From Paludibacteraceae bacterium (GTDB lineage: Bacteria; Bacillota_I; Bacilli_A; RFN20; CAG-826), in NCBI GenBank assembly GCA_963621535.1, contig CAVFEQ010000005.1, positions 3,800 to 67,799 of the forward strand: 64,000 bases of DNA, read 5' to 3'. How positions within the stretch are numbered: position 1 is the stretch's first letter; every line of letters begins with the position of its first letter. A program made the position numbers and the translations under genes. Under the pieces are notes generated by a model. The model saw only the letters and a list, made by a program, of their open reading frames with translations, did no database searches and had not been told where the DNA came from. Positions 27,759-36,720 of this stretch are shown piece by piece.

Positions 27759-29369
27759 TCAAGGAAGGACTTCCACACCTTCTGGCACGGAGATCTCGGA
27801 TACGACTTTCCCGTCTTCAAGACGATGGGTGATACGAAGGGGCCCATAAACGGTAGGCAAAGTGCCTGAGACTTCCTTTAAGCCGCAGAGCTTGGGCTCA
27901 AGACGGATTTTCTTATAGCCAGGCTCCACCATTTTGATGCCGAGGATATAGTCATAAAAGAAAGGCAGGAATCCGCTCGACCAGCCATGGCAAAGGCTAT
28001 GACGGAGGCCCAAGTAGCAATATTTCCCGTAATCGGCGTGGATGTTCTTCCTTTTTTCATCTGGCAAAGAGGTGATCGGCAAAGGATTGTCTTTAAGCCA
28101 ATCCATGTCGAAATCCTCCCAGAAGGTCGTCGTCCCCATATCAAGCATCGCCCCGTAATATTCTTTGATGATCTTAAGCGCAAGCTCGCCTTGATTCATT
28201 TTCTCTAGGGCTTCGACGATGACGCAGCTCATGAAGGTGGTCATGCCTTGGCTAAGGCCTTCTTCGATGTTCTTCAAAGCGGTCTTTTGATCAAGGCGAT
28301 TAGCCAAAACGCCGAGGGCGTTGACTTGCTTTAGCTTAGACGGAGCGTAGATGTGCTTATCCAAACGAGAAAGGATGGAGGCAGTCACTTGAGAGGATTC
28401 CCCCGCTTCTTCTAATGGTTTAGCGAGGCTTTCCATGGTGTAAGTCAAAAGGTAACGCCAGCCCTCTTCGCTGTCTTTGCTCCCGTTGGAAGGCCAATCG
28501 ATGAAATATTCGTTGTCCGCATAATAGTCAAAAGAAGACTTGGAGAAGTCTATGCTTCCATCCTCCATGACGATTTCATCGAAGGCGTGGATCAGTTTTT
28601 TGACATAAGGAAGCTTCTGCTTGAAATAATCCCCGTTCCCGGTCAATGCGCAATATTTGCACAAACAAAGCAGCCACCAGGCGGAATAAGAAGGGATGTG
28701 ATTGACCCAGCAGTTTTCGAAGCTGGTGATCATATCGAGGACGATTCCTAGCTGCGGGGCATCCCCAAACAAGGCAAAAGCGCCAAGTAGTTCCGGGTAG
28801 AAATCCCCAATCCAGACGGCCCTGTCGCGTTTGATGCCATCCCAAATGGCATCGGGGCGGACGCAAAGGGAGATCGTCTTCGCCGCGGCTTCATAAATCG
28901 CATTGATCCGCGCATCGTCGCAATGGAATTCCCCGACCCGAGTAAGGCCGTTGGGAGTGGGCTCAGCGAAGATGGAGACAATCTGAGCCACAGCCCCTTC
29001 CACCACATCGATTCGGGCAAAACGGAAACCAGTCTCGGTCGTCGAGAAATCGCTAAGCTGAGAGAAAGGGTAAACCGCATCGCGAATAGCGTGGTCATTG
29101 GTCGCGTTCTTCTCCCCGATTTCGGCGCAGACTTCATAAGCGGATTCCCCAGTTCTGATTCTGATCTTGCCGGGGGCGTTCCTTGCGAAAAGGACATGCA
29201 GCCTGCCGCAGATCTCCTCCCCGAAATCAACGAGGACGTATCCGCCCTTCAATATCCTGCAAAAAGGGGCCTCAAACAGGTGAGTTCCCTTTTTGAAGTT
29301 TTCCTCCAAGACCTCCAAATCAGAAGATAAAGAACTGGTTACGATGTTTTTGAAATTCAACTTTTCCAT
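27759..29369 (-). CDS. GH78-like six-hairpin glycosidase, paralogue of 26115-27749
   Basis: 536 aa with the same block structure (VLVDFGEEICGRLHV, RDRAVWIGDF, GTTTFWEDFD, SLCHGWSSGFLPFF). It is convergent with its paralogue. Confidence 0.6.
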   Translation of the reverse strand: MEKLNFKNIVTSSLSSDLEVLEENFKKGTHLFEAPFCRILKGGYVLVDFGEEICGRLHVLFARNAPGKIRIRTGESAYEVCAEIGEKNATNDHAIRDAVYPFSQLSDFSTTETGFRFARIDVVEGAVAQIVSIFAEPTPNGLTRVGEFHCDDARINAIYEAAAKTISLCVRPDAIWDGIKRDRAVWIGDFYPELLGAFALFGDAPQLGIVLDMITSFENCWVNHIPSYSAWWLLCLCKYCALTGNGDYFKQKLPYVKKLIHAFDEIVMEDGSIDFSKSSFDYYADNEYFIDWPSNGSKDSEEGWRYLLTYTMESLAKPLEEAGESSQVTASILSRLDKHIYAPSKLKQVNALGVLANRLDQKTALKNIEEGLSQGMTTFMSCVIVEALEKMNQGELALKIIKEYYGAMLDMGTTTFWEDFDMDWLKDNPLPITSLPDEKRKNIHADYGKYCYLGLRHSLCHGWSSGFLPFFYDYILGIKMVEPGYKKIRLEPKLCGLKEVSGTLPTVYGPLRITHRLEDGKVVSEISVPEGVEVLP

Positions 29370-29464
29370 GGGAGCGCCTTTCCTTAAGCCGGGGGTATTC
29401 TAAGCCTTTTTACCATAAAAAGCCCCCGAATTCCCTTCGAGGGCCCAGAAAAGAAGGAGGAGAA

Positions 29465-30736
29465 TTACTTTTCTTGTTTTTTACGCTTTGCAAAGAGCAC
29501 GAGCGCGGCGCTCGCGCCAAGGCCAAGCGCAAGCGCGGCGACGGTCGGAATGACGTAATTCGTCCCGTCGTCACTTACAACGGCGCGGATGCCGGATTTG
29601 CTTCCGTTATCGCCATTTGCGGCGGCCCAGGCGGTGTAGCGTGCCTTCATATCAGAGTAAGAAGAATCGTTTTGGAAGAGGATCTTCGCCCCGTTAGAAA
29701 GAGCTTCGTAAGCGGTTTTGGCCGTGGCGTAATAGCCTGTCTCGCCTGCGCAGAGTCCGCTACCGGCGTCTGTTGCTGCGATTTCAGGATGCATATAGTT
29801 GGTAACGAACTGATCGGCTTCTGTTTTTACCGCCGTTTTCGTGGCAAGCACAGGAAGGGCGCCATCACCTTCAAAGGTAACGAAGTAATCATCTTCGAAT
29901 TTGAGAATGGTGTTCTTATCGTCGCTTTTCACGAAGCGAGTGTCTTTGCTGATAATGAAGTGATTCGTCCATTCCGTGAATTTCACGCCCAATTTGTGGC
30001 GTCCGGTCCCATCTAGAGTGCTGCTGCCAAGGTTCGTTAAGACAACGGAATATTCTTTGCCGGTAATATCGCAAACATTTCCGTTATAAACATCGCTATA
30101 CGCGGTAACGCTTTGGGTCACATAGACGAGGTATCTCATGCTTGACGAAGAGTTAAGCGCTTTGTCAGATGCTTCGTTATTTATGGTCTTCCCGTTTCCA
30201 TCAAAAGCCGCGATGGTTTTAACGGTTTCCGTGGAGCCCGTATATTCGGCGATGGTAACAGGGGAACCATTCTGAACGAACGTCAAGAGATAATCTTTGT
30301 CGAAGGAAAACGTATCTGTAGAATCGTCGCTTTGGGTAAAAACTGTATCCTTTTTAATAATGACTTTGTTCAAAAACGTTGTAGGAAATTGCAAATCTAA
30401 CTTGTGATATGTCGTACCCAAAGAAGTATCACCGCCAAGATTTTTAAAGGTGATATCGTGCGAAGCACCATCGACATCATAGACAACACCTTGATAGGTT
30501 TTGTCATAAGTGGTCTTTGCAAGCGTAACCAAAAGTCGATAAAACATCCCGCTCGATCCACCGTATGATGCACTATCCGAAGCAGATAGGCTGCCAAAAA
30601 TCTCAACTGTCTTCGCGGCCTCAGCTTTGACATTTATGACGTCGTCGCCTGCAAAAGAGGTCGCCACCGGCGTAGCAATAGCAGGAAGCGCGAGCAAAAG
30701 AGCGGAAGCGCTCAACAATAATGTTTTTCGGTTCAT
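29465..30736 (-). CDS. secreted, C-terminally membrane-anchored protein with two copies of the same ~130-aa module as 19852-22131
   Basis: 423 aa. Signal peptide MNRKTLLLSASALLLALPAIA. Module signatures GGSSGMFYRL...YQGVVYDVDGASHDITF and SSSMRYLVYV...YNGNVCDITGKEYSVVL. C-terminal hydrophobic helix plus basic tail (VAALALGLGASAALVLFAKRKKQEK) with no LPXTG. Confidence 0.7.
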   Translation of the reverse strand: MNRKTLLLSASALLLALPAIATPVATSFAGDDVINVKAEAAKTVEIFGSLSASDSASYGGSSGMFYRLLVTLAKTTYDKTYQGVVYDVDGASHDITFKNLGGDTSLGTTYHKLDLQFPTTFLNKVIIKKDTVFTQSDDSTDTFSFDKDYLLTFVQNGSPVTIAEYTGSTETVKTIAAFDGNGKTINNEASDKALNSSSSMRYLVYVTQSVTAYSDVYNGNVCDITGKEYSVVLTNLGSSTLDGTGRHKLGVKFTEWTNHFIISKDTRFVKSDDKNTILKFEDDYFVTFEGDGALPVLATKTAVKTEADQFVTNYMHPEIAATDAGSGLCAGETGYYATAKTAYEALSNGAKILFQNDSSYSDMKARYTAWAAANGDNGSKSGIRAVVSDDGTNYVIPTVAALALGLGASAALVLFAKRKKQEK

Positions 30737-30798
30737 AGAATACCCCCTTAATTGATGTGTGTCGTATTCCCGAAACTGCAGTTATCATAGTGAAAGCG

Positions 30799-30827
30799 TT
30801 GACTTGGAAATATAAGAATTTATCATA
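30799..30827 (+). promoter_or_regulatory. candidate sigma-70-type promoter for the AraC gene
   Basis: TTGACT at 30799-30804, a 16-nt spacer, then TATCAT at 30821-30826. The start codon lies at 30846 with no obvious SD. Confidence 0.35.
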
Positions 30828-30845
30828 TGGATATCAAAATTTAGT

Positions 30846-31679
30846 ATGTTCAATAAAGCGGATTTCCATGACATCAACCTGCAAAGAAGGAAAAATCCCA
30901 TCCTTTCCTTCAGCTATACCGAGCTAGACGATGAGCCCTCGATCTTCCACGCCCACCAGAACTTTGAGATCATCATCCCTAGAAGCGGCGCGGGGCTCAT
31001 CGTCGGGGTGGCGAGTTCCTTCCCCGTGGAAGAAGGCTGTATCTACGTCATCCCCTCCAACGCCACCCATACGGAGAAGAAATTAGGTAAGGAATCGACC
31101 TTCAAGTATTACGCCTTGAAGACGACCAACGCGATCCGCCTAGAAAGCAACGCCTTCCTCAAAATCAAACTCGAGCCCTCTTTGATGAGAACTTTGCTCA
31201 CTCATCTAAAAGGGGCTTATGACAGCTTCATCCAATATCCCGATGACCCTGTTCTTTCTTATTTGGACGTCCTCTCTTTCTATTTGCTGCTCATCAACAA
31301 GCTCAAGGAGATGGGCTATCAGATCGAAGACGACAAGGACAAGCTCCGCTCCTCCTTCGTCTTCGAGATCCAAAGCTATCTGAATTCCTCTTACCACGAA
31401 GACATCGAGATGAACGCCCTAGCTAAACGCTATGGCATGTCGCGCTCCTCTTTAGAGAAGCGCTTCAAGAAGGAAACGGGCATCACCCCGAAGGAATATC
31501 TTTCTAGACGCCGGCTAGAATCGGCGAAATACCTCCTTTCGACGACCGATTATTCAATCGGGCAAATCGCTTCCCTCTGCGGCTTCTCCACCTCGGCCTA
31601 CTTCATCTACTTCTTCCGCCAGGAGACTGGATCAACCCCCAAGCACTTCCGCGAGCTTTCCTTGTCTTCTGCGAAATAA
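30846..31679 (+). CDS. AraC-family transcriptional regulator (cupin-like sensor plus HTH)
   Basis: 277 aa. The C-terminal region (LAKRYGMSRSSLEKRFKKETGITPKEYLSRRRLESAKYLLSTTDYSIGQIASLCGFSTSAYFIYFFRQETGSTPKHFR) is a textbook AraC double HTH. Confidence 0.85.
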   Translation: MFNKADFHDINLQRRKNPILSFSYTELDDEPSIFHAHQNFEIIIPRSGAGLIVGVASSFPVEEGCIYVIPSNATHTEKKLGKESTFKYYALKTTNAIRLESNAFLKIKLEPSLMRTLLTHLKGAYDSFIQYPDDPVLSYLDVLSFYLLLINKLKEMGYQIEDDKDKLRSSFVFEIQSYLNSSYHEDIEMNALAKRYGMSRSSLEKRFKKETGITPKEYLSRRRLESAKYLLSTTDYSIGQIASLCGFSTSAYFIYFFRQETGSTPKHFRELSLSSAK

Positions 31680-31734
31680 AAATCGCAGAAAAAACCTTTG
31701 CCAATGGCATTTTTTACCCACATTATATGTGGGT

Positions 31735-33117
31735 ATGAAAAATCAAAAGACCCTTTTGCTCGCCTTATCCGCTTCCTTGTTGCTTGTTAGCTGCAATAAC
31801 AGTCAAGGCAAAACCGATTCTTCCACGGAGACGGCTTCAGTCTCTATCGACCCTTCTTATAAGAGCTCGGTGAAGAATTACCTGAAAATCCTGACCAAAA
31901 TAAAGAACTACACCTTGAAGGAAGAAGTCTCTTCCACCGCTTCAAGCGCCAAAAACTCCGCGACCATCTATTACGGCGAGGATTTCTATTACTATGACGC
32001 AAGCTACACTCTCCCCTATGGCTACATCTCCTGCGCGGATGGGGTTTACCGCATCCACGAGAATAGCGGCAAGCTCATCGGCGGCGAGCTTGCTTTAGAC
32101 GAGCAAGGGAGCCCCTACAAGACCCTTTGGAACGACTATTTCTTCTATAGCTTCGCCGATCTAGAAGAAGAGAGCATCGATGCGATCGCTAGCGAAGGCA
32201 AAGAGAAAGTCGCGATCACCGGGAAGAAAAATAGGCTCGCCCTGCTTGATCTGCTTGGCCTAGGCTCTGCCTATTATGGGAGCATCGTCTCCTTTTACGG
32301 CACGGTGAATGACGACGCTTCCCTCTCGCTGAGCCTAAGCGTCAACGACACCTCCTCCGGGGCTTTGATTAGCGTCAAAGCCAGCGTGAGCGCCCTAGGG
32401 TCCACCTTCTGCGGCAAGGTGGAGGAATATCGGGAGAAGAACTCCTACTTCGTGATCGACGAGGATTTCGCTAAAGCCCGCGCCTTGATGAAAAGCAACA
32501 ACTACACCCATTATTACACCGATGAAGAAGATGATGACAAAATCGTCGGCACCGAGATTTTCAACGAGAACTACTATTTCGTGGAATGGGATAGCAGCTA
32601 CGCCGCAAAAATGGCAAGCGAAGGCTCTGCCATCCTCTATAGCACCGGGCTCATCGGCATCCGCAACAAGAAGATCAAGGATACCTCTGGGAACTACCAC
32701 ACCTTAAACGGCAGCTACCTGATCTCCTTAAGCGGCGGCGCTTATTCGGTCAACCTCACGAATTATTACAACGAATCCCCTGATATCCCAAGTGTCTATA
32801 GCTATCCAAGCCTATTGCAGATGTGGGACGAGGTAGAGCTATTCGAAGAAAGCGAAATCGAAGGGATGGACAAAGCCTATGTCACCGAGGACATCACCCT
32901 CATCGAAGACTTCGTCGACATGTTCTTCTTATCGAGCGTCGTCGCTTCCGTCGTCTGCAACGATCTCTCCATCAGCTGGAAAAACCTCGATTCAGAAGAC
33001 GAGAAGATGATTTGCTTCACTTTAGACACCACCGGTGGCTCGTTAAGTTACGAGTTCTACCACTTCGGAAGCACCTTCATCCCCGCGCTCGATCTTTTCC
33101 TAGAAGATCTGGAGTGA
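31735..33117 (+). CDS. lipoprotein, unknown function
   Basis: 460 aa from the ATG at 31735. Lipobox MKNQKTLLLALSASLLLVSC. No motif assigned. It is co-directional with the AraC gene and immediately downstream of it. Confidence 0.65.
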   Translation: MKNQKTLLLALSASLLLVSCNNSQGKTDSSTETASVSIDPSYKSSVKNYLKILTKIKNYTLKEEVSSTASSAKNSATIYYGEDFYYYDASYTLPYGYISCADGVYRIHENSGKLIGGELALDEQGSPYKTLWNDYFFYSFADLEEESIDAIASEGKEKVAITGKKNRLALLDLLGLGSAYYGSIVSFYGTVNDDASLSLSLSVNDTSSGALISVKASVSALGSTFCGKVEEYREKNSYFVIDEDFAKARALMKSNNYTHYYTDEEDDDKIVGTEIFNENYYFVEWDSSYAAKMASEGSAILYSTGLIGIRNKKIKDTSGNYHTLNGSYLISLSGGAYSVNLTNYYNESPDIPSVYSYPSLLQMWDEVELFEESEIEGMDKAYVTEDITLIEDFVDMFFLSSVVASVVCNDLSISWKNLDSEDEKMICFTLDTTGGSLSYEFYHFGSTFIPALDLFLEDLE

Positions 33118-33154
33118 GCCCGCGAAATCTCTTCTATTTCCTGCAGGACACAAG

Positions 33155-33185
33155 AAAAGCTCAGGATCGCTCCTGAGCTTTTTTC
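33155..33185. terminator. bidirectional intrinsic terminator
   Basis: AAAAGCTCAGGA-tcgc-TCCTGAGCTTTTTT. A 9-bp GC-containing stem with a 4-nt loop is flanked by A- and T-runs. It sits between convergent genes ending at 33117 and 33201. Confidence 0.85.
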
Positions 33186-33200
33186 TTGGCTAGAAACGGC

Positions 33201-35882
33201 TCACTCGTCCAAGGTGAACCATTGATATTCGGCGGCGTAATCATCTTCGACGGGATAGCCGATGACGTAATTGTCTTCGCTATCATCCCCGCCAGACCAC
33301 GTGCTTTCATAGACATAGATGCCGATTAGGCCGTAGTCTTCAAGCATATAGACGCCGATGTCGACGCTATTGCTAGCGGAGCGGACGCTTAAGACCATTC
33401 CTCCGCTGTCGCCGATGCCGTAGTTGTAATAGAAGTCGTAGTCGGTCTTCGTGCTCGTGACGGTGACCTTGCCTTTTTTATAGGCCGTGCCATTGATCTC
33501 TTTGCCTTCTTCCGAGGTGAAGCTGATGGTCGCGGGGACGAAGGACCCGTCCATGTAGCGCGGATCGGTCGAGGTAACGCCGTCGCTATTGTAGTCGTGG
33601 GCGGTCCAACTCGTGCCTTCAAGCGAAGAAGGGAGCAAGGAGGCGGTGCCCGGTCTGATTTCAAGGGTGATCGTGGACTTGACCGAGGCATTACGCGCAT
33701 CGGTGACGGTGATGGTCTCGCTTAAGGCCGTCTCGGCGGCGATGGATCTGGCGTCGATCGTCATAATGTAGGCCTGATAGGTCGCGATTTGGTAACTCGT
33801 CGGCTTCACCGTGCTATCCCCCACGGTGATTTTGACCTCCTCATTTGAGCAGGCGACGATGGGTTTGGCGACGCAGTCGATGGGGCTTGCCCAGAGGTAG
33901 ACGTTCATGATCCTTCCGGCTTTGATGGAGACCTTAGAGGAGGTGGGGACATCATCTTCGCCCTCATTCCCATACGCCCAGACGTAATATCCATTCGGGG
34001 CGGGGGCGTCGTCGACGGTGATGCTCGCTTTTTTGGTGACGTCATTGGTCGCGTGGTTCCCGATGGTGACTTCGGTCGTGCCGGAGCCGCAGCCGATCCA
34101 TTCTCTTGGGCGGAACTCGCTCTTGCTGACGATCGAATCATCATCGGTGGCGACGATGCCATATTCCCAGGCGTCTAAGGCGGTAGAAGGGGTATAGGTA
34201 AGCTTCAAGGTCGAGGTGTAGCCGGAAGCGGTATCTTCTTCCACGGTCGGGGTATAGGGATCCCTTCTATCCTCATCGATGATCTCCTTGTATTTGACGT
34301 GGCCCTCTTCTTTGGTTTTGTCGCTATTGGACTTGATGGTGACGCTATCGATGCTGGAAATGAAATAAGGCGTGGTGTCGAAGGAGATATTCGAAGATTT
34401 CGCCGCCCCATAGCCATAGCTCACGCTGCTGCTGTTTTTGATCTCAGGGTCTTTGCCGGTGATCGCGCTGCCGCCATTGGTAGTGTCGCTGTTATTGAAG
34501 GACCAGTTTTCCTTGGTGTAATAGTTCTCGAGATAGGTGACGCTACTTAGCGTGCCGTCGGCGTTGATATTGATGGTGATGTCATATTCATAACGCGTCT
34601 GGACGGCTTCGCTATCCTCATAATTCTTCCAGCTGTGGATAGTGGTCGAGAAGCTGTTGTCGGCGTTTTTGACGCCCGTGAATTTCCTGTCGCAAGCCTT
34701 CAGCTCGTCTTCGACGGTGTAGCCGATGTAATAGCCATATTGGATCTCGGCGTTGATCGAATGCAGCTCATGGCTAGGCATGGCCATGTCGGCTTTGGCC
34801 ATGAAGGGGGTCTTCTGGTAATGGGAGTTCTCGACTTCGTCGACGATCTTGTATTTGCCAGAATAGGCCACGGTGTCCTGGGTTTTCGTCCGATCGACGT
34901 AACCGGCGGTATCCGTCCAGGATTCGACGTAGCTATCCACCACCGTATAGACGTTGTCCTTGATGGACTTATAGACATAGCTCTCCTTGTTGGTGAGTTT
35001 GTCTTTGGCGGTGGCAAAAGACCCATCCTGATAAAGGTCCCAAGTATAGTCGACCTTGCTTCTAGAGCTGCTATAGGTGACGTGATTGAGGTTCCTCACG
35101 TTATAGGCCCCGCCATCGAGCACTTCCCTGCCGGCGAACCAGCCGCAGAAGTACTGAGCGACCTCGCTTTCGCTTTCTAGGGCCTTCAAGATGCCGGTGC
35201 GGTAGATTGAGATCGGCTTCTCCGCGGCGGGGTCGAAGGTGAGCTCATAAGTCGCGTTGCCGCCGAGGCTGATCTTCGTGGTCGCTTTCGATCCGCTTTC
35301 ATAGACGCCGGAGATATAGGCGTAGGAATTATCGAAATTCACGGAGGCGTAGCCATATTCGGCGCTCCCGACGAGGATGAGGAAGGTGGTGTCTTTCTCC
35401 GCGGTGAAACTCCCTTTGAAGGTGCCATCTTCTTGCTTAACCAAAGCGATGGCGACGTCGCCGCTAGTGACGACGTCCCCGTTTACGCTAAGCGAGGCGG
35501 TGATGGCCACGGCGTTGTCCCCCATGACGAAGGTATAGGTTGTGTCGCTAGTTTTCGTGCATTCCTTGCCGTTAGCGTAGAGGGCGTTAAGGACGTAATT
35601 CTCCTTGACTTTCGCAGTGATTGTGATCGTCTCTCCTTTAGGGGCGCTAGTCGCGCTTAAGGCGATATCGACTCCTTCCCCCGTGCGGTCGACGATCGCG
35701 TATTTGGTCACTTTGGCTTCGCTAGAAGAATCGCCTCCATCAATAGAAGAGGTGTCGCTAGAGGGGGTGATGGTTGTCGAATCAGTGCCAGTGGAGTCAA
35801 TGTTGTTGTTATTCGTATTGCATCCTGCAAGGAGCAAAGCGCTAGAGAGGATCAATAAGGTCCTGTTGATGGTTTTTTTCAT
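33201..35882 (-). CDS. large surface lipoprotein (gene 5 of the lipoprotein operon)
   Basis: 893 aa. Lipobox MKKTINRTLLILSSALLLAGC followed by a Ser/Thr/Asp-rich linker. N-terminal divergent InlB-B-repeat-like module (KYAIVDRTGEGVDIALSATSAPKGETITITAKV...YTFVMGDNAV). Ig-like modules occur later. Confidence 0.75.
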   Translation of the reverse strand: MKKTINRTLLILSSALLLAGCNTNNNNIDSTGTDSTTITPSSDTSSIDGGDSSSEAKVTKYAIVDRTGEGVDIALSATSAPKGETITITAKVKENYVLNALYANGKECTKTSDTTYTFVMGDNAVAITASLSVNGDVVTSGDVAIALVKQEDGTFKGSFTAEKDTTFLILVGSAEYGYASVNFDNSYAYISGVYESGSKATTKISLGGNATYELTFDPAAEKPISIYRTGILKALESESEVAQYFCGWFAGREVLDGGAYNVRNLNHVTYSSSRSKVDYTWDLYQDGSFATAKDKLTNKESYVYKSIKDNVYTVVDSYVESWTDTAGYVDRTKTQDTVAYSGKYKIVDEVENSHYQKTPFMAKADMAMPSHELHSINAEIQYGYYIGYTVEDELKACDRKFTGVKNADNSFSTTIHSWKNYEDSEAVQTRYEYDITININADGTLSSVTYLENYYTKENWSFNNSDTTNGGSAITGKDPEIKNSSSVSYGYGAAKSSNISFDTTPYFISSIDSVTIKSNSDKTKEEGHVKYKEIIDEDRRDPYTPTVEEDTASGYTSTLKLTYTPSTALDAWEYGIVATDDDSIVSKSEFRPREWIGCGSGTTEVTIGNHATNDVTKKASITVDDAPAPNGYYVWAYGNEGEDDVPTSSKVSIKAGRIMNVYLWASPIDCVAKPIVACSNEEVKITVGDSTVKPTSYQIATYQAYIMTIDARSIAAETALSETITVTDARNASVKSTITLEIRPGTASLLPSSLEGTSWTAHDYNSDGVTSTDPRYMDGSFVPATISFTSEEGKEINGTAYKKGKVTVTSTKTDYDFYYNYGIGDSGGMVLSVRSASNSVDIGVYMLEDYGLIGIYVYESTWSGGDDSEDNYVIGYPVEDDYAAEYQWFTLDE

Positions 35883-35897
35883 GTTCTTTTCCTTTCC

Positions 35898-36707
35898 TTA
35901 GATTGCACTGGAAGGCTCTAAGATGCCGAGTAGCCCGTTGCGCGTATGGGCGTGGAGCCTATCGCCGGTGTTCCAGACGGCGAAGTAGTCGAAGACGAAG
36001 TCGCTGATCGTCCAATTGCTCACCTTGTAGATGTACCAGTAGGCGGCGTCTTCAGCGATGGAACTATATTCCTGGTTCCATTCGTAGGTGAAGGATTGGC
36101 TAGCGAGGCTGACTCCGCCAGATTCAGTCCCGGAGATATAGCCTGTGCCTCCTTCGACGAACCACATCGTGAGATCGCCGGTCGCGCTTTCAAACCCGGG
36201 CACGGTCGAGAAGAAATCTTCTTCGACAAGGGAAGAGCTCACCTCTTCCGCGGTGAGCTTCTTCTTCACCGTGACGAGTTTTCTGAAGTGGGCGATGCCG
36301 TCTCCGTCCTCGATGATGAGATGGGCCTTCCCCTGCTTATGGCTAAGCAAGGTCCAACTGGTCCCTGACTCGCTCACCTCCGCGGTGAGGACGTTCTCGT
36401 TGTCGCTTCTGACCACCACTTTCCCCGTGGGGTTGTTACTAAGAGAGAAGGAGATCGGATAAGAGGAGTGCCCGGCTAGAGACATCCCGATGCTGATGTC
36501 ATTAAGGAAGCCAGAGATCGATACGCTGATGCCCGAGCTGATGTCGCTAAGCTCCTCAATCGGCGTTGTGTCGACATCATCATCGATCGAAGAGGAGGCC
36601 TCGCCGCTAGAGGGGGAGGGATCCGTTGATTCCACTGGGCCGCTTTGCCCAGAGCAGCCGCTTAATAAGGCTGCTGAAGCAAGCAATAAGAGAATGTTTT
36701 TCTTCAT
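35898..36707 (-). CDS. small surface lipoprotein (gene 4 of the lipoprotein operon)
   Basis: 269 aa. Lipobox MKKNILLLLASAALLSGC, acidic Ser-rich linker, one Big_2-like segment (VVVRSDNENVLTAEVSESGTSWTLLSHKQGKAHLII). Confidence 0.7.
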   Translation of the reverse strand: MKKNILLLLASAALLSGCSGQSGPVESTDPSPSSGEASSSIDDDVDTTPIEELSDISSGISVSISGFLNDISIGMSLAGHSSYPISFSLSNNPTGKVVVRSDNENVLTAEVSESGTSWTLLSHKQGKAHLIIEDGDGIAHFRKLVTVKKKLTAEEVSSSLVEEDFFSTVPGFESATGDLTMWFVEGGTGYISGTESGGVSLASQSFTYEWNQEYSSIAEDAAYWYIYKVSNWTISDFVFDYFAVWNTGDRLHAHTRNGLLGILEPSSAI

Positions 36708-36720
36708 GATTTTCCTTTCT

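Noticed and set aside
35873-35879. A7 tracts immediately after the start codons of lipoprotein genes (also 45463-45469) as phase-variation tracts.
   Set aside because: They simply encode the Lys-Lys of the MKK signal-peptide n-region, and they are short (7 nt). No longer homopolymers were seen.
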